Positions 11,276 to 20,665 of a DNA stretch of 64,000 nt are shown here, piece after piece; the first letter of the stretch is position 1; every line of letters begins with the position of its first letter. The position numbers and the translations under genes are program-made. Source of the stretch: Candidatus Latescibacterota bacterium (GTDB taxonomy: Bacteria > Latescibacterota > UBA2968); contig OZ241986.1 in the NCBI GenBank assembly GCA_965204375.1, positions 1,632,001 through 1,696,000 of the forward strand, given 5' to 3'. The notes below the pieces were generated by a model. The model had not been told where the DNA came from and ran no database searches. It saw only the letters and a list, made by a program, of their open reading frames with translations.

Positions 11276-11408
11276 GTAAAGCTCCTTAGTTGGATATATT
11301 GGAGACTACGCGCCTTGACCCGTAGTCAGGCGGGATGTATATTTAATTTGCAACTCAAGGTACGATTTATAGATTGATTGTCAAGTTATCAAGAGAGGAT
11401 GATTGACG

Positions 11409-14270
11409 ATGAACCTCGCTGGAATGTTGATGCAAAAAATTGAGGGCGAAGTGCGTTTTGATAAGATGTCGCGCATTCTTTACAGCACTGATGCGAGCAT
11501 GTATCAAATTGAACCCGTTGGCGTTGTTTTGCCCAAACACAAACAAGATGTTTTGCATGTCATCAATCTCGCCAATGAACACGAGGCCCCGATCATTCCC
11601 CGAGGCGGTGGCACCGGGCTTGCCGGCGGTGTGGTGGGAAGCGGTATTGTGATGGATATGTCGAAATATATGAATCGCATTCTCGACTTCAATGCCGAAG
11701 AAGGTTGGGTCAGGGTCGAGCCTGGCGTGATACTCGATGAACTCAATGCATTTCTCAAACCGCACGGATTGCAATTTGCGCCCGATGTGGCAACCAGCAG
11801 CCGTGCGACAATCGGGGGCATGGTGGCCAATAATTCGGCAGGCGCGCATTCGGTTATTTACGGCAAGACTATAGATCACGTATTAGAACTCGATTTGGTC
11901 TTGTCCGATGGCACTGAAATAACAGTAGGGGAGTTAGACGAGCCTGCTGTGCAACAAAAATGCGAGCAACAAAACCTCGAAGGTCAGGCGTATCGGGAGG
12001 TAATCCGCATAGCGCGGGAGAATGCGGAAGAAATCGAGCGACGATATCCCAAAATTTTGCGGCGGGTCGGCGGATACAATCTCGATGAATTTATCAAAAA
12101 GCAGCCGTTCAATCTCGCGCGTATGGTTATAGGTTCTGAGGGTACTTTGGCGACCGTTGTCGGGGCAAAGCTCAGAGTAATTCCGTTGCCCCGGGCAAAG
12201 GTGCTGGGCATTGTTCAATTTAACGACCTGATTGCGTCTATGAAGGCTGTTGCGCCGATCTTAGAAACGGCTCCGGCCGCAGTAGAGCTGATCGATAAGA
12301 TGATTCTGGATCAGACCAAAGGGTCTATGGAACTGTCCAGGATGCGTTCGTGGGTGCAGGGCGATCCAGAGGCTGTGCTCGCTGTTGAATACTACGGAGA
12401 TTCAGCGAGTGCACTGGCCTCTAAGCTGGACGAACTCGAGGTCGTTTTGGGCAATCTAAATCTCGAATATACTTTTTCCCGTGCTATTTCCGATATCGAG
12501 CAGGCCAATGTTTGGAATGTGCGCAAAGCGGGGCTGGGTTTGCTCATGGGGGTAAAAGGGGATTCTAAACCCATCGCTTTTGTCGAAGACGCTGCTGTAC
12601 CGCCAGAGAGGCTACCCGATTATATTTCTGAGTTTGGAGCTTTGGTGAAATCGCTCAACACGCGTGCGGGTTATTATGCACACGCCAGCGTGGGCTTGCT
12701 ACACGTTCGGCCGATGGTCAATCTCAAAGAGGCCGATGAGATCGCAAAAATGCGCTTTATCGCCGAATCCGTGCGCGATCTGGTGATGAAATACGGTGGT
12801 GCCGTAAGTGGAGAACACGGCGATGGCCTGGTTCGGAGTTGCTGGAATGAAACGTTCTTTGGCACGACACTTTACGAGGCTTTTCGGGAGGTCAAACGCG
12901 CTTTTGACCCCAAAGGACTGATGAATCCCGGTAAAATTGTCGATGCGCCGATGATGACCAAAAATTTGCGGTATGGGGCAGACTATCGCGCACAAGAGAT
13001 AAATACCCACTTCGATTTTTCTGCCGATGGGGGATTTCACCGCGCCGTTGAAATGTGCAATGGGGTGGGCGAGTGTCGCAAAAAGCTGGTGGGCACGATG
13101 TGTCCGTCTTATATGGCAACGCTGGAAGAAGAGCATTCGACGCGAGGGCGGGCAAACGCGCTTCGAGCGGCGATTTCAGGGCGGTGGGAAGGCGGGCTTA
13201 CGGATCATCGCATCAACGATGTCCTCGCACTTTGTCTGGAATGTAAGGCATGCAAAGCCGAGTGCCCATCCAATGTGGATATGGCGAAAATTAAGTATGA
13301 ATTTAAGGCGCATTATTACGCCAAACACGGACGACCCTTGCGGTCTATTTTATTTGGCAATGTGGAATTGATGGGCAAACTCGGATGCATCGTCGCACCC
13401 CTTGCCAATCGTCTGTCCAGGACGAGTATTTCAAAGTGGATGATGAAACGTCTCGGGATCGCGCCTGCGCGGTCACTGCCGCCATTTGCACGTCAGACAT
13501 TTACACACTGGTTCGCCAGTCGCAATGCGCCTTCGAAAAATAAACGCGTCGTGTTTTTTGCCGATACGTACATGACCTACAACTATCCCGAAATTGGCAA
13601 GGCAGCGACAGCCTTGTTTGAAGCAGCGGGTTATGAGGTGATTTTGGCCGTAAAGCGATGTTGTGGACGTCCGATGCTTTCGAGTGGTTATATCGATCGC
13701 GTAAAAGAAAACGCCCTGTTTAATATCGAGACTCTCTATCAATATACCGAACAGGGATATCCCATCGTGGGATTTGAACCGTCGTGTGTTTCGATGTTTA
13801 CGGATGAATACGGCGATTTAATTGACGATCCGCGCGTGCGTGCCGTAGCCGACAATATTTACACGTTTGAAGCATTTGTGCAGACGTTTTTCGAACGGGG
13901 CGAATTTTCCGTACCATTTACCGATCTTAAAAAAGACATCTTGCTCCACGGCCACTGCCACCAGAAGGCTCTGTGGGGGATCGGACCGTCTGAGGCTGCG
14001 TTGGGATTGCCCGAAGGCTTTCGCGTGACGCCCATTCAATCGGGTTGCTGTGGCATGGCGGGTTCTTTCGGCTATGAAGCCGAACACTACGATGTGTCGC
14101 TCAAAGTGGGTGAGTCGCGGCTGCTTCAGGTGGTTCGCAACGCAGATGACACAACCGAAATTGCCGCAGCAGGTTTGTCGTGCAGGCAGCAGATTGCACA
14201 CGCCACAGGGCGCACTGCCCGTCATCCCGTCGAGGTATTGGCAGACGCCCTGGATAAGGGCGATGGGTAA
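11409..14270 (+). CDS. FAD-binding and (Fe-S)-binding oxidoreductase (GlcD/GlpC fusion, YdiJ-like)
   Basis: PRGGGTG, SGEHGDG, CNGVGEC, CLECKACKAECP, and CCG motifs. Confidence 0.92.
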   Translation: MNLAGMLMQKIEGEVRFDKMSRILYSTDASMYQIEPVGVVLPKHKQDVLHVINLANEHEAPIIPRGGGTGLAGGVVGSGIVMDMSKYMNRILDFNAEEGWVRVEPGVILDELNAFLKPHGLQFAPDVATSSRATIGGMVANNSAGAHSVIYGKTIDHVLELDLVLSDGTEITVGELDEPAVQQKCEQQNLEGQAYREVIRIARENAEEIERRYPKILRRVGGYNLDEFIKKQPFNLARMVIGSEGTLATVVGAKLRVIPLPRAKVLGIVQFNDLIASMKAVAPILETAPAAVELIDKMILDQTKGSMELSRMRSWVQGDPEAVLAVEYYGDSASALASKLDELEVVLGNLNLEYTFSRAISDIEQANVWNVRKAGLGLLMGVKGDSKPIAFVEDAAVPPERLPDYISEFGALVKSLNTRAGYYAHASVGLLHVRPMVNLKEADEIAKMRFIAESVRDLVMKYGGAVSGEHGDGLVRSCWNETFFGTTLYEAFREVKRAFDPKGLMNPGKIVDAPMMTKNLRYGADYRAQEINTHFDFSADGGFHRAVEMCNGVGECRKKLVGTMCPSYMATLEEEHSTRGRANALRAAISGRWEGGLTDHRINDVLALCLECKACKAECPSNVDMAKIKYEFKAHYYAKHGRPLRSILFGNVELMGKLGCIVAPLANRLSRTSISKWMMKRLGIAPARSLPPFARQTFTHWFASRNAPSKNKRVVFFADTYMTYNYPEIGKAATALFEAAGYEVILAVKRCCGRPMLSSGYIDRVKENALFNIETLYQYTEQGYPIVGFEPSCVSMFTDEYGDLIDDPRVRAVADNIYTFEAFVQTFFERGEFSVPFTDLKKDILLHGHCHQKALWGIGPSEAALGLPEGFRVTPIQSGCCGMAGSFGYEAEHYDVSLKVGESRLLQVVRNADDTTEIAAAGLSCRQQIAHATGRTARHPVEVLADALDKGDG

Positions 14271-14547
14271 TATCAAGCGCGTTCGCGTGATAATCAGCGG
14301 ACGGGTTCAGGGTGTTGGATTCCGCTATGTCACACAGCGAGAAGGCGAGCGCCTCGGGCTGGTCGGATGGGTAAAAAATTTACCCAATGGCGATGTTGAG
14401 GCTGAAGCAGAGGGGGATGAGGCGCAAGTCGCTGAATTTGTAAAATCGATGCGGCGGGGACCTGCTACATCTCGCGTCCTGAGTTGTCAGGTTGACGAGA
14501 TACCTGCGACCCACTGGGATATAGTGTTTGGTATCATGTTTTTTTAG
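14263..14547 (+). CDS. acyP: acylphosphatase
   Basis: SGRVQGVGFR, GWVKNLPNGDVE. Confidence 0.9.
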   Translation: MGNIKRVRVIISGRVQGVGFRYVTQREGERLGLVGWVKNLPNGDVEAEAEGDEAQVAEFVKSMRRGPATSRVLSCQVDEIPATHWDIVFGIMFF

Positions 14548-14568
14548 TGAATTTTAAGGGAGGAAAGA

Positions 14569-15081
14569 GTGGATTTAATGGGCTTTATTCGCGATGTGCC
14601 CGATTTTCCCAAAGCGGGCATTTTGTTTAAAGATATTACGCCTCTGCTCGGCGATGCGGATGCGCTTCGCGCGGCGATAGAACGACTGGCGCAACCCTAT
14701 CGCGATGGGGCTGTCGATCTGGTTGTGGGAATCGAGTCGCGTGGTTTTATTTTTGGGACTGCACTCGCGCGAGAACTCGACGTGGGCTTTGTGCCGATCC
14801 GCAAACCCGGCAAACTGCCAGCAGATGCGATTTCTGCGAAATATGAATTGGAATACGGAACTGATAAGATTGAGATACACACAGACGCAATCGCCAAAGG
14901 ACAAAAAGTCGCGATCGTGGATGATTTGCTGGCGACCGGTGGCACAATGGCTGCTGCGTGTCAGCTCGTATCTGAACTCAAAGGGAAAATTGTCGGTATC
15001 TCTTTTGTCATAGAACTGGGCTTTTTGAACGGGCGCGAAAAACTCGGGGATTGGCCCATTCACAGGCTGGTTCACTATTGA
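14569..15081 (+). CDS. apt: adenine phosphoribosyltransferase
   Basis: PDFPK.GILFKDITP, IRKPGKLP, LEYG, VDDLLATGGT. Confidence 0.96.
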   Translation: MDLMGFIRDVPDFPKAGILFKDITPLLGDADALRAAIERLAQPYRDGAVDLVVGIESRGFIFGTALARELDVGFVPIRKPGKLPADAISAKYELEYGTDKIEIHTDAIAKGQKVAIVDDLLATGGTMAAACQLVSELKGKIVGISFVIELGFLNGREKLGDWPIHRLVHY

Positions 15082-15094
15082 TATTATCATATGT

Positions 15095-15132
15095 GCCCCT
15101 GTAGCTCAGAGGATAGAGTAGCGGATTCCTAA
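15095..15132 (+). tRNA. tRNA-Arg(CCU) 5' exon (positions 1-38)
   Basis: GCCCCTG TA GCTC AGAGGATA GAGT A GCGGA TTCCTAA: acceptor 5' strand, D arm with A20, anticodon CCT. Confidence 0.93.
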
Positions 15133-17576
15133 GTGCGCCGCTTCACGGTAGGAGTTCCTACCCAGTAACTGGGTATGAGTTGCAGGATAACTCGTAGATT
15201 AACCGATTCACTGAAATCTGAAAGGAGGAAGGGAAAACAGCATATCGGTAAAGCTGGTGGACAGGACAACCACAAAGAATGTCGCACTGGCAAAATCTGT
15301 ATCCTATGATTAAGGCTAAACTGCTTGAACCTCAACAACCAGTGGGAGAAAACCCGCCTCCTCTTGGAAATGTGGTTGACACCAAGACCTCACAAGATTC
15401 TGAAAGGATTAGGAGTTCAGAATACCTGACAACGTGGGCACGACTTGCAGAGAGCGAGTATAAGGTAGTGAATGAGGAATCTAAGGGATACTAAACGGAA
15501 CTCAGACACGGAAAGCGGGAATACCTAAGTGTCGAGAGACATAAGGTATCGGAGCCTCCGTAGTAGTCAGAGAACGGGAAAGCCGTTTACAAGGCGAAGG
15601 GAGGCAGGTAAGTTCGACTGTAAGGACAAGGAGGGATGCGTAATGCAAACAGCCAAAACTGTTCTTGAGGTCATCCATCGAAGGGGAATGGAAGGTAAAA
15701 CGCTTGAAAGGCTTTACAGGCAATTGTTCAACGAAGAGATATACCTGAAAGCGTATGCGGAAATCTACTCAAACAAGGGTGGATTAACCAGAGGTATTAG
15801 TAAAGAAACGATTGATGCAATGTCAGTTAAACGTATTCATAGCATCATAAAACGTCTCCGAACTGAAACATACCGATGGAAACCAACACGCCGAGAGTAT
15901 ATCCCAAAAAAGGACGGCAAAAAGAGACCACTTGGAATCCTCTCTGGGGACGACAAGATACTCCAAGCTGTTCTTAAAACCCTGCTTGAAGCCTATTATG
16001 AACCGCAATTCAGTGACCGCAGTCACGGATATAGACCGAATAGAGGCTGCCACACAGCACTTCAACAAATTGGTAGAAAACACCATACGGTCAGTTGGTT
16101 CATAGAGGCAGATATAAGAGGCTGCTTTGATAACATCGACCACGACATCTTAATTGATATACTGAGCGATAAAATCAAAGACGGAAGGTTTATACGACTT
16201 CTCAAACATCTTATGAAAGCAGGATATGTTGAAGATTGGAAATGGCATAAGACATATAGCGGAACACCGCAAGGTGGCATCATAAGCCCGCTTCTGTCAA
16301 ACATCTACCTGAACGAATTAGATATATGGGCAGAGAAAGAACTTATGCCAGAATACAATCGTAAGCCAAAAAGCGGTAGGAAGAAAATGAACCCTGAATA
16401 TAAGCGATATGCCTATAAAAGAGGCAACGCCAAAAAGCAGGGCGACTGGAAATCCTACAAACATTACGGAAATCTGATGAAATCACTTCCAACAACGATA
16501 GAAGATGATAACTACCGAAAATTGGAATATATCAGATACGCCGATGACTTTCTGTTAAGTTTCGCTGGCCCTAAAAAGGAAGCTAACGAAATCAAAGAGA
16601 AGATCAGGAATTTTCTCAAGGATAGATTAAGACTTGACCTATCATTGGAAAAAATCCTAATCACTCACGCCAGAACCAAAAAAGCCAAATTCCTGGGATA
16701 CGATCTGCGAGTCAGACAATCACGGGAAAGGCGAGTAGCAAATGGATCAATATGGTTCGGGACACCAACAGAGAGCAAGTTGAGAGCCATAAAGAAATAT
16801 AGGGAGAAAAACAAGGCGAAAGTAAGATTTGAACTGGTCGAACTGAGTGACTATGATATAGTAACGCAGTATCAATCAGAATACAGAGGTCTTGCGAACT
16901 TCTACGTAATGGCTCACAACAGACATACCTTAAACAAAGTAAGGTGGGAAGCGGAAAAATCCCTAATACGGACACTTGCAAGAAAGCACCGAACATCGGT
17001 CAAAAAAACCTATATAAAATATAGGGGCAAGATGAACGGTCATGCGGTGATAAAGGTGCAAGTAGAAAGAGAAGGGAAAGACCCACTAACCACATACTTT
17101 GGAGGAATTTCCCTGAAGAGAAACCCATACGTAAAGTCTATAAAAGACGAGTACACGAACAATTGGATCAAAAGAAGTCAGCTTATAGAGAGACTACTGG
17201 TAGACCAATGTGAAATGTGCGGACAAGTGGGGAATATCGAAGTCCATCACGTAAGAAAGCTAAAAGATGTGAACATACCGGGAAAGAGGAACAAACCCGC
17301 TTGGGTGCATCGAATGGCAGCTATCAGACGTAAAACTCTGATGACCTGCGTAAAATGTCATAAGGCAATACACGCAGGTAAACACCTTACGGAATGGGAT
17401 GTATGGAAGAACTTACTGGAGAGCCGTGTGCATTGAAAGGTGCAAGCACGGTTCGGAGGGAGGGTGCAGGAAAAGTGACCTAAATCCGTTTTGGTTTGAC
17501 TACGATGGAGCTAATATAGCTCTCTAGTGGACAACCAAAACGGCATTAGGTCAAACTCGCTTGCTCCCTACCCTAC
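15133..17576 (+). mobile_element. group IIA intron (Ll.LtrB-like) inserted in tRNA-Arg(CCU)
   Basis: 5' GTGCG at 15133; domain V GAGCCGTGTGCATTGAAAGGTGCAAGCACGGTTC at 17421-17454; bulged A17570 at position -7; 3' end CCCTAC at 17576; removing it restores a full cloverleaf. Confidence 0.93.
15643..17436 (+). CDS. ltrA: group II intron-encoded protein (RT, maturase X domain, HNH endonuclease)
   Basis: LYRQLFN...AY..IYSNKG, RPLGI, SHGYRPNRGCHTA, WFIEADIRGCFDNIDH, GTPQGGIISP, YIRYADD, CEMCG..IEVHH..CVKCH..IH; ATG after GGAGG. Confidence 0.95.
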   Translation: MQTAKTVLEVIHRRGMEGKTLERLYRQLFNEEIYLKAYAEIYSNKGGLTRGISKETIDAMSVKRIHSIIKRLRTETYRWKPTRREYIPKKDGKKRPLGILSGDDKILQAVLKTLLEAYYEPQFSDRSHGYRPNRGCHTALQQIGRKHHTVSWFIEADIRGCFDNIDHDILIDILSDKIKDGRFIRLLKHLMKAGYVEDWKWHKTYSGTPQGGIISPLLSNIYLNELDIWAEKELMPEYNRKPKSGRKKMNPEYKRYAYKRGNAKKQGDWKSYKHYGNLMKSLPTTIEDDNYRKLEYIRYADDFLLSFAGPKKEANEIKEKIRNFLKDRLRLDLSLEKILITHARTKKAKFLGYDLRVRQSRERRVANGSIWFGTPTESKLRAIKKYREKNKAKVRFELVELSDYDIVTQYQSEYRGLANFYVMAHNRHTLNKVRWEAEKSLIRTLARKHRTSVKKTYIKYRGKMNGHAVIKVQVEREGKDPLTTYFGGISLKRNPYVKSIKDEYTNNWIKRSQLIERLLVDQCEMCGQVGNIEVHHVRKLKDVNIPGKRNKPAWVHRMAAIRRKTLMTCVKCHKAIHAGKHLTEWDVWKNLLESRVH

Positions 17577-17611
17577 TCCGTTGGTCGCAGGTTCGAGTCC
17601 TGCCAGGGGCA
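17577..17611 (+). tRNA. tRNA-Arg(CCU) 3' exon (positions 39-73; CCA not encoded)
   Basis: TCCGT TGGTC GCAGG TTCGAGT CCTGC CAGGGGC A: pairs with the anticodon and acceptor stems of exon 1. Confidence 0.93.
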
Positions 17612-17615
17612 CTTT

Positions 17616-19001
17616 GAGGTATATTCAAAAGTTGTGGATGAGTAAAAGAAAAGAGCGTATCCTATAGTATCACAAAAACCTAAAATCCCTCCAGGAGGGA
17701 GAAAGGACACGCTCGTGAAAGAATATACCCCATTTGAAGTGGAAAGCATAGTGCAAGATACACTGGCCGAGAGCCTCGAAGAAGTCATAAGAAATGGTGC
17801 GCGTAAGATGTTATGTGCCGCCTTGCGGTATGAAGTGAATGAATACATAGCCCGATTTGCTGATCAGGTGGATGAAAAGGGTCATCGTGAGGTGGTCAAA
17901 AATGGGTATCATCCTGCCCGAGAAGTCACCACTGGTATTGGTAAAATACCCGTCAAACAACCCCGCGTTCACGATCGTCGAGACGGGGAGCACTTCACCA
18001 GTGCGATCCTGCCTAAATATGCCCGTCGCAGTCCGAGCATTGATACATTGATCCCCACACTGTATCTGAAAGGGGTCTCTACCTCAGCCTTTCCCCAGGC
18101 ACTCGAAGCGATCCTCGGCAAAGGCGCACCAGGGCTTTCACCAGCCAATATCACGCGCTTAAAGCGTATTTGGGAAGACGAGTATAAACAATGGCAAAAG
18201 CGCGACTTGCACGATAAAGCCTATGTCTATATCTGGGCAGACGGTATCTATTTTAACGTACGCCTGTCTGATGATCGCCCCTGTGTTCTCGTGCTCATTG
18301 GTGCCACAGCAGAAGGTAAAAAGGAAGTCCTTGCCATAGAGCAGGGACAGCGTGAGAGCACCTTATCTTGGAAAACCCTCTTACTGGATGTCAAAGCACG
18401 CGGGTTGCGCCTTGCCCCTGCTCTTGCCATAGGCGATGGGGCAATGGGCTTCTGGCACGCATTGGAAGAGACATTCCCTGCCACGAAACATCAGCGCTGC
18501 TGAGTGCATAAGAGTGCTAATGTGTTGGATAAGCTACCCAAATCTGTGCAGCCGGATGCCAAGAGACTCCTTCAAGATATGTATCAGTCGCCGACAAAAG
18601 AGGCCGCGCACAAGGTCTATGACCACTTCTTGAGTCTGTATCAGGATCGCTATGAAAAAGCCTGTGACTGCCTCACCAAAGATTTTGAGGTGCTCTTCAC
18701 CTTTTATGATTTTCCTGCCAAACACTGGATCCATTTACGCACCACCAACCCGATTGAATCGACTTTTGCTACCGTCAGGCATCGCACGAGGCAGACAAAA
18801 GGCTGCGGATCGGTCAAAGCCACAATGGCGATGGTGTATAAACTGGCTCTTGAAGCTGAAAAAACATGGGTCAGATTACGCGGTTACAAGCTCATACCCC
18901 TCGTCATTGACGGGGTGAAATTCGTAGATGGTGAACGCAAAATCGCTGCATAATCATAAAGGATGCGTTCTAAACCCATCCACAACATTTGACAATATCT
19001 C
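17616..19001 (+). mobile_element. IS256-family insertion sequence with 9-bp target duplication
   Basis: Left end GAGGTATATTCAAAAGTTGTGGATGAGT versus reverse complement of right end GAGATATTGTCAAATGTTGTGGATGGGT; GGGCACTTT at 17607-17615 and 19002-19010. Confidence 0.92.
17715..18953 (+). pseudogene. IS256 transposase with one in-frame TGA (18501-18503)
   Basis: NGY..R...TGIG, LYLKGVST, IWADG, IGDG, QRC*VHK (normally QRCWVHK), RTTNPIES; both parts are in the same frame. Confidence 0.9.
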
Positions 19002-19050
19002 GGGCACTTTTTAAAAACACAGACCCTTTAAAACTGCTATGGATTGACCG

Positions 19051-19242
19051 ATGAAACGCGTTCTGACCATATCCAAATTTGATCCAAATGAGAAAGCATG
19101 CGATCATACGCGACATCTCACAGGTGATGAACGGGTATCCCTCCTTGAGCAACTACGCCGAGAAATGTCTAAGGTAAGCCATCGTGAATATCCAAAAAGA
19201 CTTCGAAGAGTTCTTACAGTTGCTAAACGCAACAGGGGTTGA
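19051..19242 (+). CDS. small basic protein, putative partner of the nucleotidyltransferase
   Basis: 63 aa with ERVSLLEQLR...KRLRRVL; overlaps the next ORF. Confidence 0.65.
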   Translation: MKRVLTISKFDPNEKACDHTRHLTGDERVSLLEQLRREMSKVSHREYPKRLRRVLTVAKRNRG

Positions 19243-19639
19243 ATTTGTCATTGTTGGTGGCTATGCTGTTGCTTTTCATGGCTATGTACGCACCACTGAC
19301 GATATGGATTTGTTCTTCCGCAATACCCCTGAGAATATCGCAAGAATCCGCCAGGCCCTCCAAAAATTTGGTCTTTCTACAACCGAACAGCAGGCCGCTG
19401 AATTTGCCGTTCCAGAAAATATCATCCGCATGGGAATTGCCCCGGTGCGAATTGAAATGATGAATAGCATAAGTGGGCTTACATTTGATGAGGTGTGGCA
19501 AAACAGGGTCTCGGGAATCTACGGAGAAACCCCTGTCTTTTACATCTCCCGGTCAAACCTTCTTCACAATAAACGGGAATCCGCTCGCCCTAAGGATATT
19601 GCAGATGTGGACGAATTGGGCGGTAATAGAAACACTTAA
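19184..19639 (+). CDS. minimal nucleotidyltransferase (DUF6036/AbiEii-like fold)
   Basis: VIVGGYAV..HG..R.T.D.D and NK...RPKD..D. Confidence 0.85.
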   Translation: MNIQKDFEEFLQLLNATGVEFVIVGGYAVAFHGYVRTTDDMDLFFRNTPENIARIRQALQKFGLSTTEQQAAEFAVPENIIRMGIAPVRIEMMNSISGLTFDEVWQNRVSGIYGETPVFYISRSNLLHNKRESARPKDIADVDELGGNRNT

Positions 19640-20290
19640 TCACTTTTCAAGCTTATGACCTTTTGTTTTGCCTCTGCAAGAGCGTAGCCTCGTTCTACAT
19701 CATCTCTTGCTCTATTTGGCTTTTTTGCTCCTCCAGGTCGATAATTTTTTGACTGACAGCTTTGATATCAACCTTGCGCCCATTTAACGCCAGAAGTCAA
19801 AGAACATGCCGCAAAAAAATTGAGAGAGTGGTTTGAGTGATCAACCTCCGCATTGAGTGCGGCTAAAACCATCACAAAAAAGTTTGTGCAAAGCAATTTC
19901 GCAATCTATTATGGTATTGGAAGAACCGATCCTCATAACTTCAAAGAAAGGAGCAACACAGGCTACCTCGTGCATTATGGGAGCCGGTCTTTCTGTTTGT
20001 ACTGGCCTCCTCCGTTACCGCTTGGTCTGGATAGTTGGAAAAGAGGACTTCAATATATCTGCCCATCCTCGGACAAAGCTCTGACCGAGCTGTAACTGAT
20101 AGACTATGGACGTAAAATCGGATTGAGAATAGCCAGCGAATTGGTCATAAGCGGAGAACCGTTGCAAAAACACCTGAGCTTAGAAAATGCGATTGGCCTG
20201 AAAAATTGCGTGATTGTGTCGGACAACCTCTAACGCCTCGTCCTATGCTCGAGTACAGCAAAAATCTGGACCAACAGAAAGGAGAATGGA

Positions 20291-20665
20291 GTGAAAATAA
20301 TACTTGCTATTTCGCTGATGTGCTTGGTTGGGTGTGCCTGTACACGGCCCGACCAGAACGCCACAAATGCGGCGCATTATGGCGGATACGTAAGCCAGGA
20401 GACAGGGGAACGCCTGGCAAAAGCGTACTTCAGAGAAATACTCAAAGACCCGTATTCCGCGCAGTATCGGTTTGACCGGATTACAAGAGGCTGGATTCAA
20501 GACGCGCCCATTGATGGCTGCAAAACCCATTATGGTTATCTTCTCAGAGTAGGTGTCAACGCAAAGAACAGCTATGGCGGGTACACAGGAGAAAAACCTT
20601 ACGCATTCATTATCCGAGATGGGGGGATCGTCAAAGTCTCTTACCCGCCGCCCGCCCGATACTGA
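20291..20665 (+). CDS. hypothetical lipoprotein
   Basis: Lipobox LVGC; LKDPYSA and VNAKNSYGGYTG; AAGGAG RBS. Confidence 0.8.
   Translation: MKIILAISLMCLVGCACTRPDQNATNAAHYGGYVSQETGERLAKAYFREILKDPYSAQYRFDRITRGWIQDAPIDGCKTHYGYLLRVGVNAKNSYGGYTGEKPYAFIIRDGGIVKVSYPPPARY

Noticed and set aside
15643-17436. RT as a retron, DGR, CRISPR-associated or Abi-type RT
   Set aside because: Domain V/VI, GTGCG...AC ends, X and HNH domains identify a group II intron; no TR/VR pair, msr-msd or cas genes were seen
18501-18503. TGA as Trp or Sec recoding
   Set aside because: Many intact genes here (mobA, apt, lptB) end in TGA; a TGG-to-TGA mutation is the simpler explanation
19640-20290. Short ORFs 19853-20095 and 19857-20084
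   Set aside because: No clear RBS or recognisable motif; probably decayed DNA that cannot be assigned
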